Shown piece by piece: positions 25,559-33,931 of a DNA stretch of 39,104 bases. Below the pieces are notes generated by a model, which was not told the origin of the DNA, searched no databases, and saw only the letters and a program-made list of their open reading frames with translations. Position numbers and translations under genes: made by a program. The stretch comes from Ktedonobacterales bacterium (GTDB taxonomy: Bacteria > Chloroflexota > Ktedonobacteria > Ktedonobacterales > JADMIN01): NCBI GenBank assembly GCA_036393135.1, contig DASVWQ010000058.1, positions 1-39,104 of the forward strand. Direction: 5' to 3'. Position 1 is the stretch's first letter. Every line of letters begins with the position of its first letter.

Positions 25559-28500
25559 CTAGAGCGCGCCAGCCACACTCCGCTGGATCAGGTCATTGAT
25601 GGTGGTGAGCAGGTACTCATCCTGATACGGCTTGACGATATAAGCGTTGGCGCCAAGCTGGGTCGCGCGCTGCTGGTGCTTGGCCGCAGCGCGCGAGGTC
25701 AGCACGATCAGCGGCAAGTTGCGATACTGTGGGTCGGCGCGCAAAGTGGCCATCAACTCGTAGCCATCCATGCGCGGCATCTCGATGTCGAGCAGGACCG
25801 CCGCTGGTCGCTCATTGGCAATCACATCCAGCGCCTCGACGCCATCACGAGCAGTCTTTGTCTCCCAGCCATTCGCCTTCAGCATGCCGCCGACGACCCG
25901 CCGCACGCTGGGGCTGTCATCCACGACCAGCAGATAGGACGGCTTGCCATTGGCTGCGGGCGCGAAGTTGCGCCCCGTAACGTTCGGGCTGCGCTGGGCG
26001 ACGACGAAATCACGGCTCCCGCCGAGCGCCGACGCCGTAGATGGAGCGGACGGCGCGGCGGACGGCGCAGAGGATGACGAAGCGGGCGCTGGAGCCGGCG
26101 GCTGGTACATTGGCGTCACCGCTGGCTGCGGCTGGCTTGGCAGGGCCTCGGTCGGGAACTCGTCAGGCGCGCTCGTCACTGTGTCAAAGGGCCACTCGGC
26201 GTCCAGCGCCTGCGCGGCGGGCATCGCTGGCGCCGGGGCGGGCGACGATGGAGGCGCAGACCTCGGCTCAGGCGCCGCGAACGGGAACGGCGTGGCGGGT
26301 TGCGCTTGCGGCCACTCCAGCGGATTCGACGGGGCAGGGCGCGACACGGCCATCGGGTCGGCGGCGCGCTGGCCCGGCGTCGGCAGTTCAATCTGATCGG
26401 GCATTGGACGCGCCAGCAGTTCCGCCAGGTCGAGGATGACGATGACCTGCCCGTTGCCCAGCACTGTCGCGCCCGCCACGCCGCGCACATCGGCGAGATG
26501 CGCGCCCATCGGCTTGGCGACGATTTCCTGCTGGTTCACGATGCCATCCACCACCAGCGCCAGCTTACGACCGCTGACATGGACGATCAGCAGCGAGGAG
26601 CGATCTTCCAGCGGCGCGGCCTGCGCGCGCAGATAGGTGGCGAGCCGCGCCAGTTCGTAGCGCTCGTTGCGCACCATGACGGCGGGCTTCGGCGAGCTGA
26701 CGCGCTCGTAGTAGTCGAGCCGTCCAATCTGGTCCACCACCGCCATCGGGATCGCGTAGGTCTGCGGGCCAGCCTTCACCAGCACCGCCCGCGCGATCTG
26801 GAGGCTGATGGGGAACTTCAGCGTGAAGACCGCGCCCGCGCCAACCGTCGAGTCAACATCCACGGAGCCTTTCAGTCGCGCCGCCGCGTCGCGCACGACA
26901 TCCAGGCCCACACCGCGCCCCGACTCCTCAGTCAGTGTCTCAGCGGTCGAGACGCCCGGCTGGAAGATCAGGTTGAGCGCATCGCGGTCGTTCAGATTCG
27001 CGTAGCCGTCGATCCAGCCCTTCGCGATGGCGGTGTCGCGCACGCGCCGTGGATCGATGCCAGCGCCATCGTCCGCCACCTCGATGACGACCTGGTTGCC
27101 CTCATACGAGGCCGCGACCGTAATCCGGCCCGCGCGCGGCTTACCCTTTGCCTCGCGCGCGTCCGGGCGCTCGATGCCATGGTTGACGGCGTTGCGCACC
27201 AGGTGCAGCAGCGGCCCCTCGACCTCTTCGATGACCTTCCGGTCTACCTCGGTATCGCCGCCCTCCAGGAAGAACTCGACCTCCTTGCCCTCCTTCAGGG
27301 CGGAGGCGCGAGCCGCGCGATAGAGACGTGGCGCCAGCGAGCTGACCGGCACGAGGCGCGCCTTCAGCAAGCGATCCTGCACCTCCGTGCTGAGCCGCGC
27401 TTCACGCGCGAACGACACCTGCACCTCGCGGATGAGTGTCTCCATCTCATGATCCAGGCCCAGCACGTCGGTAACGGCCTCGCTCAGGATGCGCGAGAGG
27501 CGGTGGAATTCATTGTAGCGGTCAAGCTCCAGTTCATCGAAGTCGCGCAGGTGGTCCGCTGTGTTACCACCCTGTCGGTTTGGCAGGCCTGTCGCGCGCT
27601 GCTGGCCGCGCCAGGGGAAACGGAACCCCGGTGGCGGCGTCATATTCTGACCCGGCGCGCCAGCCTGGCCGCTCGGCAGCATGAACGTCTCGAACTGCGA
27701 CTCAAGCTTGCTGCCCACCTCGCGCAGCCGCTCCGTGGCGGCCTTCATGTCTCCAGCTAGCTGATAGATACGCCCGATGCGCTCCTCAAAGACGGAGCGA
27801 TTGACCAGCAGGTCGCCGAAGCGCGTCACCAACTCGTCCAGCTTGCTCAACTTCAGGCGCACACTAAGGTCTTCGGCTGCCGCAGGCGCGCCGGTTTCTT
27901 CGGCGTCGGCGCCGATATCGATGGCGACGCTCTCCGCCGTCTCCTCATCCGCGTCACCCGCCAGCAGGTTCACCACGGGCGCGCCGGTGATCGCGCCATA
28001 GCGGTCGATCAACGCCTGCGCCACCTCGCGTTGCTGGCGCTGACCGCTGATGGCGCCAGAGATAAGCTGGTCGAGGGTCTCGGCGGTATCGAAGACGAGG
28101 CCCACCTCACCGGACGAAAGCGCGCGTCCCTTTTCTGAGAGCAGGTCGAGCAGGTCCTCGGAGGCATGCGCGAGACTCTGGACGACGACGAAACTCATCA
28201 TACCAGCAGCGCCCTTGAGCGTGTGCATCGCCCGCCGCACTGAGCGCAGCGCGTTCATGTCATCTGGCGAGCGCTCCAGGTCGGCAATGCCGCTGGTGAT
28301 GGTCTGGAGCAGCTCCTGGGCTTCCTCGCGAAAGACCGAGAGTGTCTCTGGCGACTGCTCTTTCGTCACCTGCACCTGACGCGCAGACCGTGCGCTGGAG
28401 CGCACCTCCACACCCGCGCCACTGATGCCAACAGAACTGTCACCCATGCCTGGCCCCAGCGCCGAGAACATCATCTGACGCCGGATCTGGACCTCCAGCT

Positions 28501-29863
28501 CCTGCCGGATGCGCTGCTCCTCTTCGCGGCGGACGTCGGCGGCGATCTCCTGGCGCACGTCGTCTTCGAGCGACCGGCGCAGGTCCTCGCGCACGCTGCG
28601 CTCCATCTCGGCGCGCTGGGCAGGGGCCAGCGACTCGACTGAGGGCAGGCTCGCGCTGGGCGCTGGCGGCGCCCACGTCACCTGCGCCACGGTCGCGCTG
28701 AAGCCGCCGTCTGGCGTCGCGCCGACGAATGCGGTGGTCATCCGGCTGAGCGTATCGAGCGAGGAGCGGAACTGGCCCAGCGTCTCCTCGATTTGCTCTC
28801 TGGAAAGCGTCAACTCGCGGCCAGAGGCGTTGAGCAGCGCGATCAGCTTCTTCAGCCGGGTCGTCGTCACCCAGATGACCGAGAGCGGGAGGTAGCTGCG
28901 CACCGTTTCCGGGCTGCGCCGCAGGTCCAGGCCCATCTGCTGCCCGACCCACTCCTCCAGGCGCTCCAGCGCATCGTGCGAGCCATCAAGGAAGCTCTGC
29001 AGCTCGATCCGCTCGTTGTCCATCGCCTGCGCCGCGTCTCGCAGCGCCGCCACCGTGTCGCGCAGGGTCCCCACCTGGCGGCGCACATCTTCCTCATCCG
29101 CGCGCAATTCCTCCAGCGCGGGAGCAGCGCCAGCGGGCGCGGGCGGGCGCTGGGCGGGCGGCTGAGTCGCCTGCGAGGTCGCCCAGTCGCGCGGCGCCGG
29201 CGCATTCTGCGCGCTGATCGGCAGGCTCGCCTGCGACCGCCCCCACGCCGAGCCCATGGGCGCGCCAGCCGAGGACTGCGCGAACGGCCCAATTGGCCCG
29301 GATGGCTGGGAGGGCGCATGGCTAAAGGCCCCACCCGCCGGGGAAGGCGTGGAGGGCATACTGGCCGGGCCAAGCGAGGCGAGCCAGTCGGGCAGCGACG
29401 CCGACGGGCCACCCATACCCGCGCCCTGGGCAGGCGTGGATGCTCCAGCGACGGGCTGCGGCGCCCCACCTCCAGGACCGCGATACGCGGCATGGTCCTG
29501 CTGGTCTTCCGCGACAACCGCCGAGTCATCCGCGCCCGCGCGCACGAGCTGGGTCACACGCGCCAGCCGTCCGCACGAGCGGCGCAGCAGCGCAATGGTC
29601 GGCTGATCGAGCGCGGCGCGGCGCTCCAGCGCGTCGTCAAGAATGACTTCCATGCTCTGCGCGATGCTCGACAGGCCAGCGAACGACATCATTGCCGCCG
29701 AGCCATTGATCGTGTGGGCGCGACGATACGCCTCCTCGATAGCTGTCTCGTCGTCCGGGGCCTGCTGAAGCTGATCGAGATGCGCTTCAATTTCTGGAAT
29801 ATAGGCGTCTACCTCGTCGAAGAAGCTGCCGAGGACCGCCGATTGATCGAAATTGTCTGCCAT
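25559..29863 (-). CDS. cheA: Hybrid CheA-type histidine kinase (Hpt-Hpt-dimerisation-HATPase-CheW-REC), ChpA/PixL/FrzE-like
   Basis: 1434 aa. Hpt1 has AHTINGSAAMMSF (His50). Hpt2 has the canonical AMHTLKGAAGMMSF (His547, codon 28223-28225). The kinase core has N box LLHLVRNAVNHGIE, G1 DDGAGID and G2 GRGVGLDVV. The CheW-like domain is LALVVDGIVNQQEIVAKPMG...VLGNGQVIVILDL. The C-terminal receiver is LLVVDDS...LLDIEMPRMDGYEL...YIVKPY. Confidence 0.93.
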   Translation of the reverse strand: MADNFDQSAVLGSFFDEVDAYIPEIEAHLDQLQQAPDDETAIEEAYRRAHTINGSAAMMSFAGLSSIAQSMEVILDDALERRAALDQPTIALLRRSCGRLARVTQLVRAGADDSAVVAEDQQDHAAYRGPGGGAPQPVAGASTPAQGAGMGGPSASLPDWLASLGPASMPSTPSPAGGAFSHAPSQPSGPIGPFAQSSAGAPMGSAWGRSQASLPISAQNAPAPRDWATSQATQPPAQRPPAPAGAAPALEELRADEEDVRRQVGTLRDTVAALRDAAQAMDNERIELQSFLDGSHDALERLEEWVGQQMGLDLRRSPETVRSYLPLSVIWVTTTRLKKLIALLNASGRELTLSREQIEETLGQFRSSLDTLSRMTTAFVGATPDGGFSATVAQVTWAPPAPSASLPSVESLAPAQRAEMERSVREDLRRSLEDDVRQEIAADVRREEEQRIRQELEVQIRRQMMFSALGPGMGDSSVGISGAGVEVRSSARSARQVQVTKEQSPETLSVFREEAQELLQTITSGIADLERSPDDMNALRSVRRAMHTLKGAAGMMSFVVVQSLAHASEDLLDLLSEKGRALSSGEVGLVFDTAETLDQLISGAISGQRQQREVAQALIDRYGAITGAPVVNLLAGDADEETAESVAIDIGADAEETGAPAAAEDLSVRLKLSKLDELVTRFGDLLVNRSVFEERIGRIYQLAGDMKAATERLREVGSKLESQFETFMLPSGQAGAPGQNMTPPPGFRFPWRGQQRATGLPNRQGGNTADHLRDFDELELDRYNEFHRLSRILSEAVTDVLGLDHEMETLIREVQVSFAREARLSTEVQDRLLKARLVPVSSLAPRLYRAARASALKEGKEVEFFLEGGDTEVDRKVIEEVEGPLLHLVRNAVNHGIERPDAREAKGKPRAGRITVAASYEGNQVVIEVADDGAGIDPRRVRDTAIAKGWIDGYANLNDRDALNLIFQPGVSTAETLTEESGRGVGLDVVRDAAARLKGSVDVDSTVGAGAVFTLKFPISLQIARAVLVKAGPQTYAIPMAVVDQIGRLDYYERVSSPKPAVMVRNERYELARLATYLRAQAAPLEDRSSLLIVHVSGRKLALVVDGIVNQQEIVAKPMGAHLADVRGVAGATVLGNGQVIVILDLAELLARPMPDQIELPTPGQRAADPMAVSRPAPSNPLEWPQAQPATPFPFAAPEPRSAPPSSPAPAPAMPAAQALDAEWPFDTVTSAPDEFPTEALPSQPQPAVTPMYQPPAPAPASSSSAPSAAPSAPSTASALGGSRDFVVAQRSPNVTGRNFAPAANGKPSYLLVVDDSPSVRRVVGGMLKANGWETKTARDGVEALDVIANERPAAVLLDIEMPRMDGYELMATLRADPQYRNLPLIVLTSRAAAKHQQRATQLGANAYIVKPYQDEYLLTTINDLIQRSVAGAL

Positions 29864-29981
29864 GATCTCCGCATCCGTCCTGCTTGCGCCACTGACCCCA
29901 CTGTCGGCGTCAACTCCGCCGTCGCGCCTGTGTCACGCCTGTCGCCCGTCGCTCACGACCTGTCGCGCCCCTGGCAAGGGC

Positions 29982-31793
29982 TTACTGCTGATCGGGTGGG
30001 AACGGGTAGGCGCCCATCTGATTGCCAGAATACTGGTCGCCACCATAGCCGTTTTGAGCATTCTGCCCATTCTGTCCGGCCTGGCCATAGGAGGTCTGCT
30101 CAAAGGTGGACTGGCCATAGCCCGTCTGCTCGTATCCCGTCTGCGGATAGCCGTAGCCATCCGGCTGCTGCTGGGACTCCGGCCACGCGCCAGCGTCGTA
30201 GGCGCCGATGTCGAAGGCGTTCCGCTGCGGCATGAAGGATGACGAGACCGGGCCAGCGGGTAGCGCAGGGAATGCGTCGGGGCCGGGCGCCCACGCGGCC
30301 TGAGCCTGCGCTGGCAGCCCCGGCGCCATCATCGGCTGATCCATGCCCTGCGGCAACCCGCCGCCATCGGCCATCTGGTCGGGCAGGCGGAATGCGGCGA
30401 CCGAGGCGCGCAACTGCTCGGCAAGCTCGGCCAGATACGTCACCGAGGTCACGGTATCCTGCGTCGTGATGTTCGTTTCCTGCGTCACCTCGCTGATCTG
30501 GCGGATGGCGACCGCGACCGTTTCAGCGACCTGCCGCCGCTCGTCCGCGCCGCTCGCGATGTCGCTGATGAGCTGGGTCTGGCGGCCCACAGCGCTATAG
30601 ATGCGCTCCAGCGCGCGACGCGCCTCTTCCGCCAGCCGCGACCCCTCGATCACGTCCTGGGTACTCTCCTCCATAGCGACCACGGCCTCATACGTGTCGC
30701 CCTGAATCGTCTTGACGATGGCGCCGACGCGCTTGGTCGCTTCAGCCACACGCTCGGCCAAGATACGAATCTCGTCCGCCACCACGTGGAAGCCGCGCCC
30801 GTGTTCGCCAGCCATCGCCGACTGAATCGCGGCGTTGAGCGCCAGCAGGTTCGTCTGCTCGGCGATGTCTTCGATCAGGCGGACGATCTCGCCGACCTCC
30901 TGCGAGCGCTCGCCGAGCCGCTTGATCTTCTTCGCGGTCTCCTGCACGTTCTCGCGGATATTCGCCATGCCCTCGGTCGTCTTGACCGCTGACGCCTGGC
31001 CATCGCGGGAGCTTTGCAGCGCCTCGCTGGCGGCGGCGGAGGCCTGCAACGCATTGTCCGCCGAGAGTTGCACGAAATCGGCTAGCTGAGCGACCCGCTC
31101 GGAGACGAGCGCAATCTGGCGCGTCTGCGCTTCCGAAGACTGCGAAACCTGGGCCGAGCGGTCCAGCAGGCGGCGGGTCGCGGTCGAGACCTGGTTGGTG
31201 GTCGCCTGCACCCGCCCGACAACCTTGGCCAGTTCCTCGATCATGAAATTGAAGCTGTCCGCGAGCACGCCCAGCGTATCCGGTGTCACTTCCGCCTGCA
31301 CGCGCAGATCGCCATCGCCCACTGCGCTGACCTCTGTGAGCAGCTTCTCGATCTGAGCCTGCAAGACCACCGCGTCGGGCGCCTCCAACGAGGACATCGC
31401 GGTCCTGGCCGCCCCACCCGTCATGCCGCCGCCCACGGCCAGCTTGTTCACGGACGCGGCGAGCATCGCATAGTCGTCATCGCCATGCACAGGCGCCCGC
31501 GCGGCGCGGTTGCCCGACGCGGCCTGGGCGCAGACATCGTTGAGGACGGTCACATAGGCGCGCGTCACCGAGCGCATGCGCATCACGGCGAACATGACCG
31601 CCAGCAGGCTGACAGCAATCGCGCCCAGTGTCGCCGTCCAGAGCAGTGTCTGCGTATCGGCGCCGCCAAATGGAGTGTAGATGGCGAACCAGCCGAGAAA
31701 TGCCGTTGCGAGAAGAGGCGCGACGCAGGCGAGCGTCGTAAGCAGGTTGAGTTGAGCGCTCATGCTCGAACCTGAGCGCGACGAAGCTTCCAT
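29982..31793 (-). CDS. Methyl-accepting chemotaxis protein, membrane-hairpin type without a periplasmic sensor domain
   Basis: Two TM helices are separated by about 12 residues, followed by a HAMP-like segment. The signalling hairpin is highly conserved: EQTNLLALNAAIQSAMAGEHGRGFHVVADEIRILAERV. The C-terminal tail is Q/G/Y-rich. The SD GAGGAGG is upstream of ATG 31793. Confidence 0.9.
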   Translation of the reverse strand: MEASSRSGSSMSAQLNLLTTLACVAPLLATAFLGWFAIYTPFGGADTQTLLWTATLGAIAVSLLAVMFAVMRMRSVTRAYVTVLNDVCAQAASGNRAARAPVHGDDDYAMLAASVNKLAVGGGMTGGAARTAMSSLEAPDAVVLQAQIEKLLTEVSAVGDGDLRVQAEVTPDTLGVLADSFNFMIEELAKVVGRVQATTNQVSTATRRLLDRSAQVSQSSEAQTRQIALVSERVAQLADFVQLSADNALQASAAASEALQSSRDGQASAVKTTEGMANIRENVQETAKKIKRLGERSQEVGEIVRLIEDIAEQTNLLALNAAIQSAMAGEHGRGFHVVADEIRILAERVAEATKRVGAIVKTIQGDTYEAVVAMEESTQDVIEGSRLAEEARRALERIYSAVGRQTQLISDIASGADERRQVAETVAVAIRQISEVTQETNITTQDTVTSVTYLAELAEQLRASVAAFRLPDQMADGGGLPQGMDQPMMAPGLPAQAQAAWAPGPDAFPALPAGPVSSSFMPQRNAFDIGAYDAGAWPESQQQPDGYGYPQTGYEQTGYGQSTFEQTSYGQAGQNGQNAQNGYGGDQYSGNQMGAYPFPPDQQ

Positions 31794-32038
31794 AGACGTG
31801 GTGGCCTCCTCGAAAAATCTGGTCTCTGGCCACGCTCGCCGCGAGACACTTCAAGCAGCGCAAACAGCCGTCACGTCGGCGCGGGCCTGCTCGCCGTCGC
31901 GCGCCATCCACACGGGGACGCCACACCGGCGCGGCGCGGAGCGCTGGCCATAGTGTATGCTATATTGTCCACGCTCGCCTATACCGCTGTGACCTCCGGC
32001 GCGATTCGCCCCACTGCGGCGCAGACAAACGGCGTCCG

Positions 32039-32716
32039 CTAGTCCCCACGATAGCGTTTGATGCGATCACTGAAGAGCAACAAATCTGGATCGAGCGCAT
32101 ATACCTGGCGCCCATCCACCTGCGCCACGCCTTCGAGGAAGGGCTGCGCCCATGCGGGGGCGCCCGCAGTCTGGCCGCGCGCGATCGCGTCGCCCATCGT
32201 GCGAATCTCTGTCACGACATCCACGACGAAGCCAATCGTCATCTCGCGTCGTGTCACGGCCAGCAGGCGGCTGCGCGGGGTTACGCCGATGGACGGCAGC
32301 CCAACGAATGCGCGCAGGTCCACCAGTGAGATGATCGATCCCCACATCTGTGTCACGCCCAGCACCCACGGCGCGACATTCGGCACTGGCGTCACGTCAA
32401 ACGTCCGCTCGACCCCCTGGACTGAGGCCGACGGCAGCGCGCACTCCACGTCGCCCAGCAAGAAGAGGATGTGCTGCGCGGCGACCGCTTCCGCCGAGGT
32501 TGGCGAGAGCATCATCATCCGCTGGAGCGTGGCGATTTGCTCCGGGTCAGTCACGCCGATATTCCGTGCGAGCTGCTCGACCGACTCCGCCGTCAGCGAG
32601 CCGCCCGGAAGCTGCCCCTGGTTGATCGCGGTCAGCGCCTGCCGCATGAGATCGGAGGTCTGGGCGCGCTCGCTGTGGCTGTCGCGCGCCGGAAACGCGC
32701 CTCGTGGATCGTTCAT
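32039..32716 (-). CDS. cheW: CheW-like coupling protein (PilI/PixI-like) with an N-terminal extension of about 80 aa
   Basis: The CheW domain is FLLGDVECALPSASVQGV...PWVLGVTQMWGSIISLVDLRAF...REMTIGFVVDVVTEI, preceded by a non-CheW extension. The SD is GGGAGGA. Confidence 0.85.
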   Translation of the reverse strand: MNDPRGAFPARDSHSERAQTSDLMRQALTAINQGQLPGGSLTAESVEQLARNIGVTDPEQIATLQRMMMLSPTSAEAVAAQHILFLLGDVECALPSASVQGVERTFDVTPVPNVAPWVLGVTQMWGSIISLVDLRAFVGLPSIGVTPRSRLLAVTRREMTIGFVVDVVTEIRTMGDAIARGQTAGAPAWAQPFLEGVAQVDGRQVYALDPDLLLFSDRIKRYRGD

Positions 32717-32749
32717 GCGTCCTCCCGCGATGTCGGCGATGGCCCCACG

Positions 32750-33127
32750 CTACATATCAATGCCAGTGAGCGCCCGCACACCAGACAGCAACTGCTCTTT
32801 GCCAAACGGCTTGACGATGTAGAGGTCGGCGCCCTGCTGCAAACCCCATTTCATGTCGAGCGGCGTGTTCTTGGCGCTAATCAGGATCACCGGAATATGG
32901 CGGCTGGTCTCGCTCTGCTTCAGCTTGCGGCAGACTTGGAAGCCATTTTGCTTTGGCAGCACCACGTCGAGCACGATGCACTGCGGCCGCTCGCTGATGA
33001 CCTTCTCCAGCGCCTCGTCGCCGTCCGCCGCCGTTACGACCTCAAAGCCACTCTCGCGCAGCGGATTCGCGATGAGGGTGAGATCGAACCAGCTATCATC
33101 GACGACGAGAACTTTTGGCGCGGGCAT
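32750..33127 (-). CDS. Single-domain response regulator, PilH/PixH-like
   Basis: VLVVDDS, LDVVLPKQNGFQVCRKLK and NTPLDMKWGLQQGADLYIVKPF resemble the PilH signature (NGF...D..WG..QGA..Y..KPF). ATG at 33127 lies 6 nt after GAGGGAG; the track start at 33142 is a TTG inside the SD region. Confidence 0.88.
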   Translation of the reverse strand: MPAPKVLVVDDSWFDLTLIANPLRESGFEVVTAADGDEALEKVISERPQCIVLDVVLPKQNGFQVCRKLKQSETSRHIPVILISAKNTPLDMKWGLQQGADLYIVKPFGKEQLLSGVRALTGIDM

Positions 33128-33330
33128 ATGGAACTCCCTCAATACACGCCTGCCTTCCGGTGGCTGCCAACCGCGCCACGCCCAATGGGCAGTGATGTGT
33201 GCTTCATGTTGATTTCAACGAGTGACGCGCGAAACGATGCGAATCGCGTCGAATTACGCCACACGGGCTAGCCAGGTCGATTGCCCGCACGGCGAGCCGC
33301 TCGCGCCACTGGCGTCCAGCGCGCGACTGG

Positions 33331-33777
33331 CTATTGCCGGTAGGCGCCCCGCCGTGACCGCATGTTGCGCATGCTCGCACGGCGCGCGGAGCGCTCACGG
33401 GCGGCGGGTGTATCCAGGTGGCGGCGCACCGTCTGCACCAGCTCCGTCGAATCAAACGGCTTGGTCATGTATTCTGTTGACCCCGCCAGTTTGCCGCGCA
33501 TCCGGTCGAAGATCCCGTCCTTGCCGCTCAGCATGATGATGGGCAGATCGCGGTACTCCGGGTTGTTGCGCACGAGATGGCAGATGTTATAGCCGTCCAT
33601 GTGCGGCAACATGATGTCCAGCAGAATCAAGTCGGGCAGGGTATCGGAGACCGCCGCGAGCGCGGTGAGACCATCACCCGCCGTCACCACGTGAATGCGC
33701 TCGCGATTCAGCGTGAGTTGCACGATCTTCCGCACGGTGGGGCTGTCATCCACCACCAGCACTACTGGCTCCGCCAC
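33331..33777 (-). CDS. Single-domain response regulator, PilG/PixG-receiver-like
   Basis: VLVVDDSPTVRKIV, LLDIMLPHMDGYNICHLVR and SGKDGIFDRMRGKLAGSTEYMTKPF resemble the PilG/PatA-type receiver signature (S.KDG.FD..RG...G...YLTKPF). I chose the GTG at 33777, 8 nt after AGGAGGG; the ATG at 33831 in the track is the alternative. Confidence 0.88.
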   Translation of the reverse strand: MAEPVVLVVDDSPTVRKIVQLTLNRERIHVVTAGDGLTALAAVSDTLPDLILLDIMLPHMDGYNICHLVRNNPEYRDLPIIMLSGKDGIFDRMRGKLAGSTEYMTKPFDSTELVQTVRRHLDTPAARERSARRASMRNMRSRRGAYRQ

Positions 33778-33931
33778 CTGCTTGACCCTCCTGAGCCGAC
33801 CTGGCGCTTTGCTGGTGGCCCACCCGCTCATCTATCTGGCGCACGCTCGCGCACTATTCAACCATATTGCCTATGCCCGATGCGAGCTTTTCACCCTTCT
33901 GTCGTGTCCAGCCCTCCGCATGGGCCTGGCG

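Noticed and set aside
29900-29970. Short direct repeats as a possible mini CRISPR or array
   Set aside because: There are only two to three degenerate 13-14-nt copies within a 118-nt operon spacer. They are far too short and few, and no cas genes are present.
26300-30235. Plus-strand ORFs 26300..27760 (486 aa) and 28793..30235 (480 aa)
   Set aside because: They are antisense to the CheA/MCP genes, whose minus-strand frames contain unambiguous Hpt, HATPase, CheW, REC and MCP hairpin motifs. The plus-strand translations are Arg/His/Asp/Gln-rich with no motifs.
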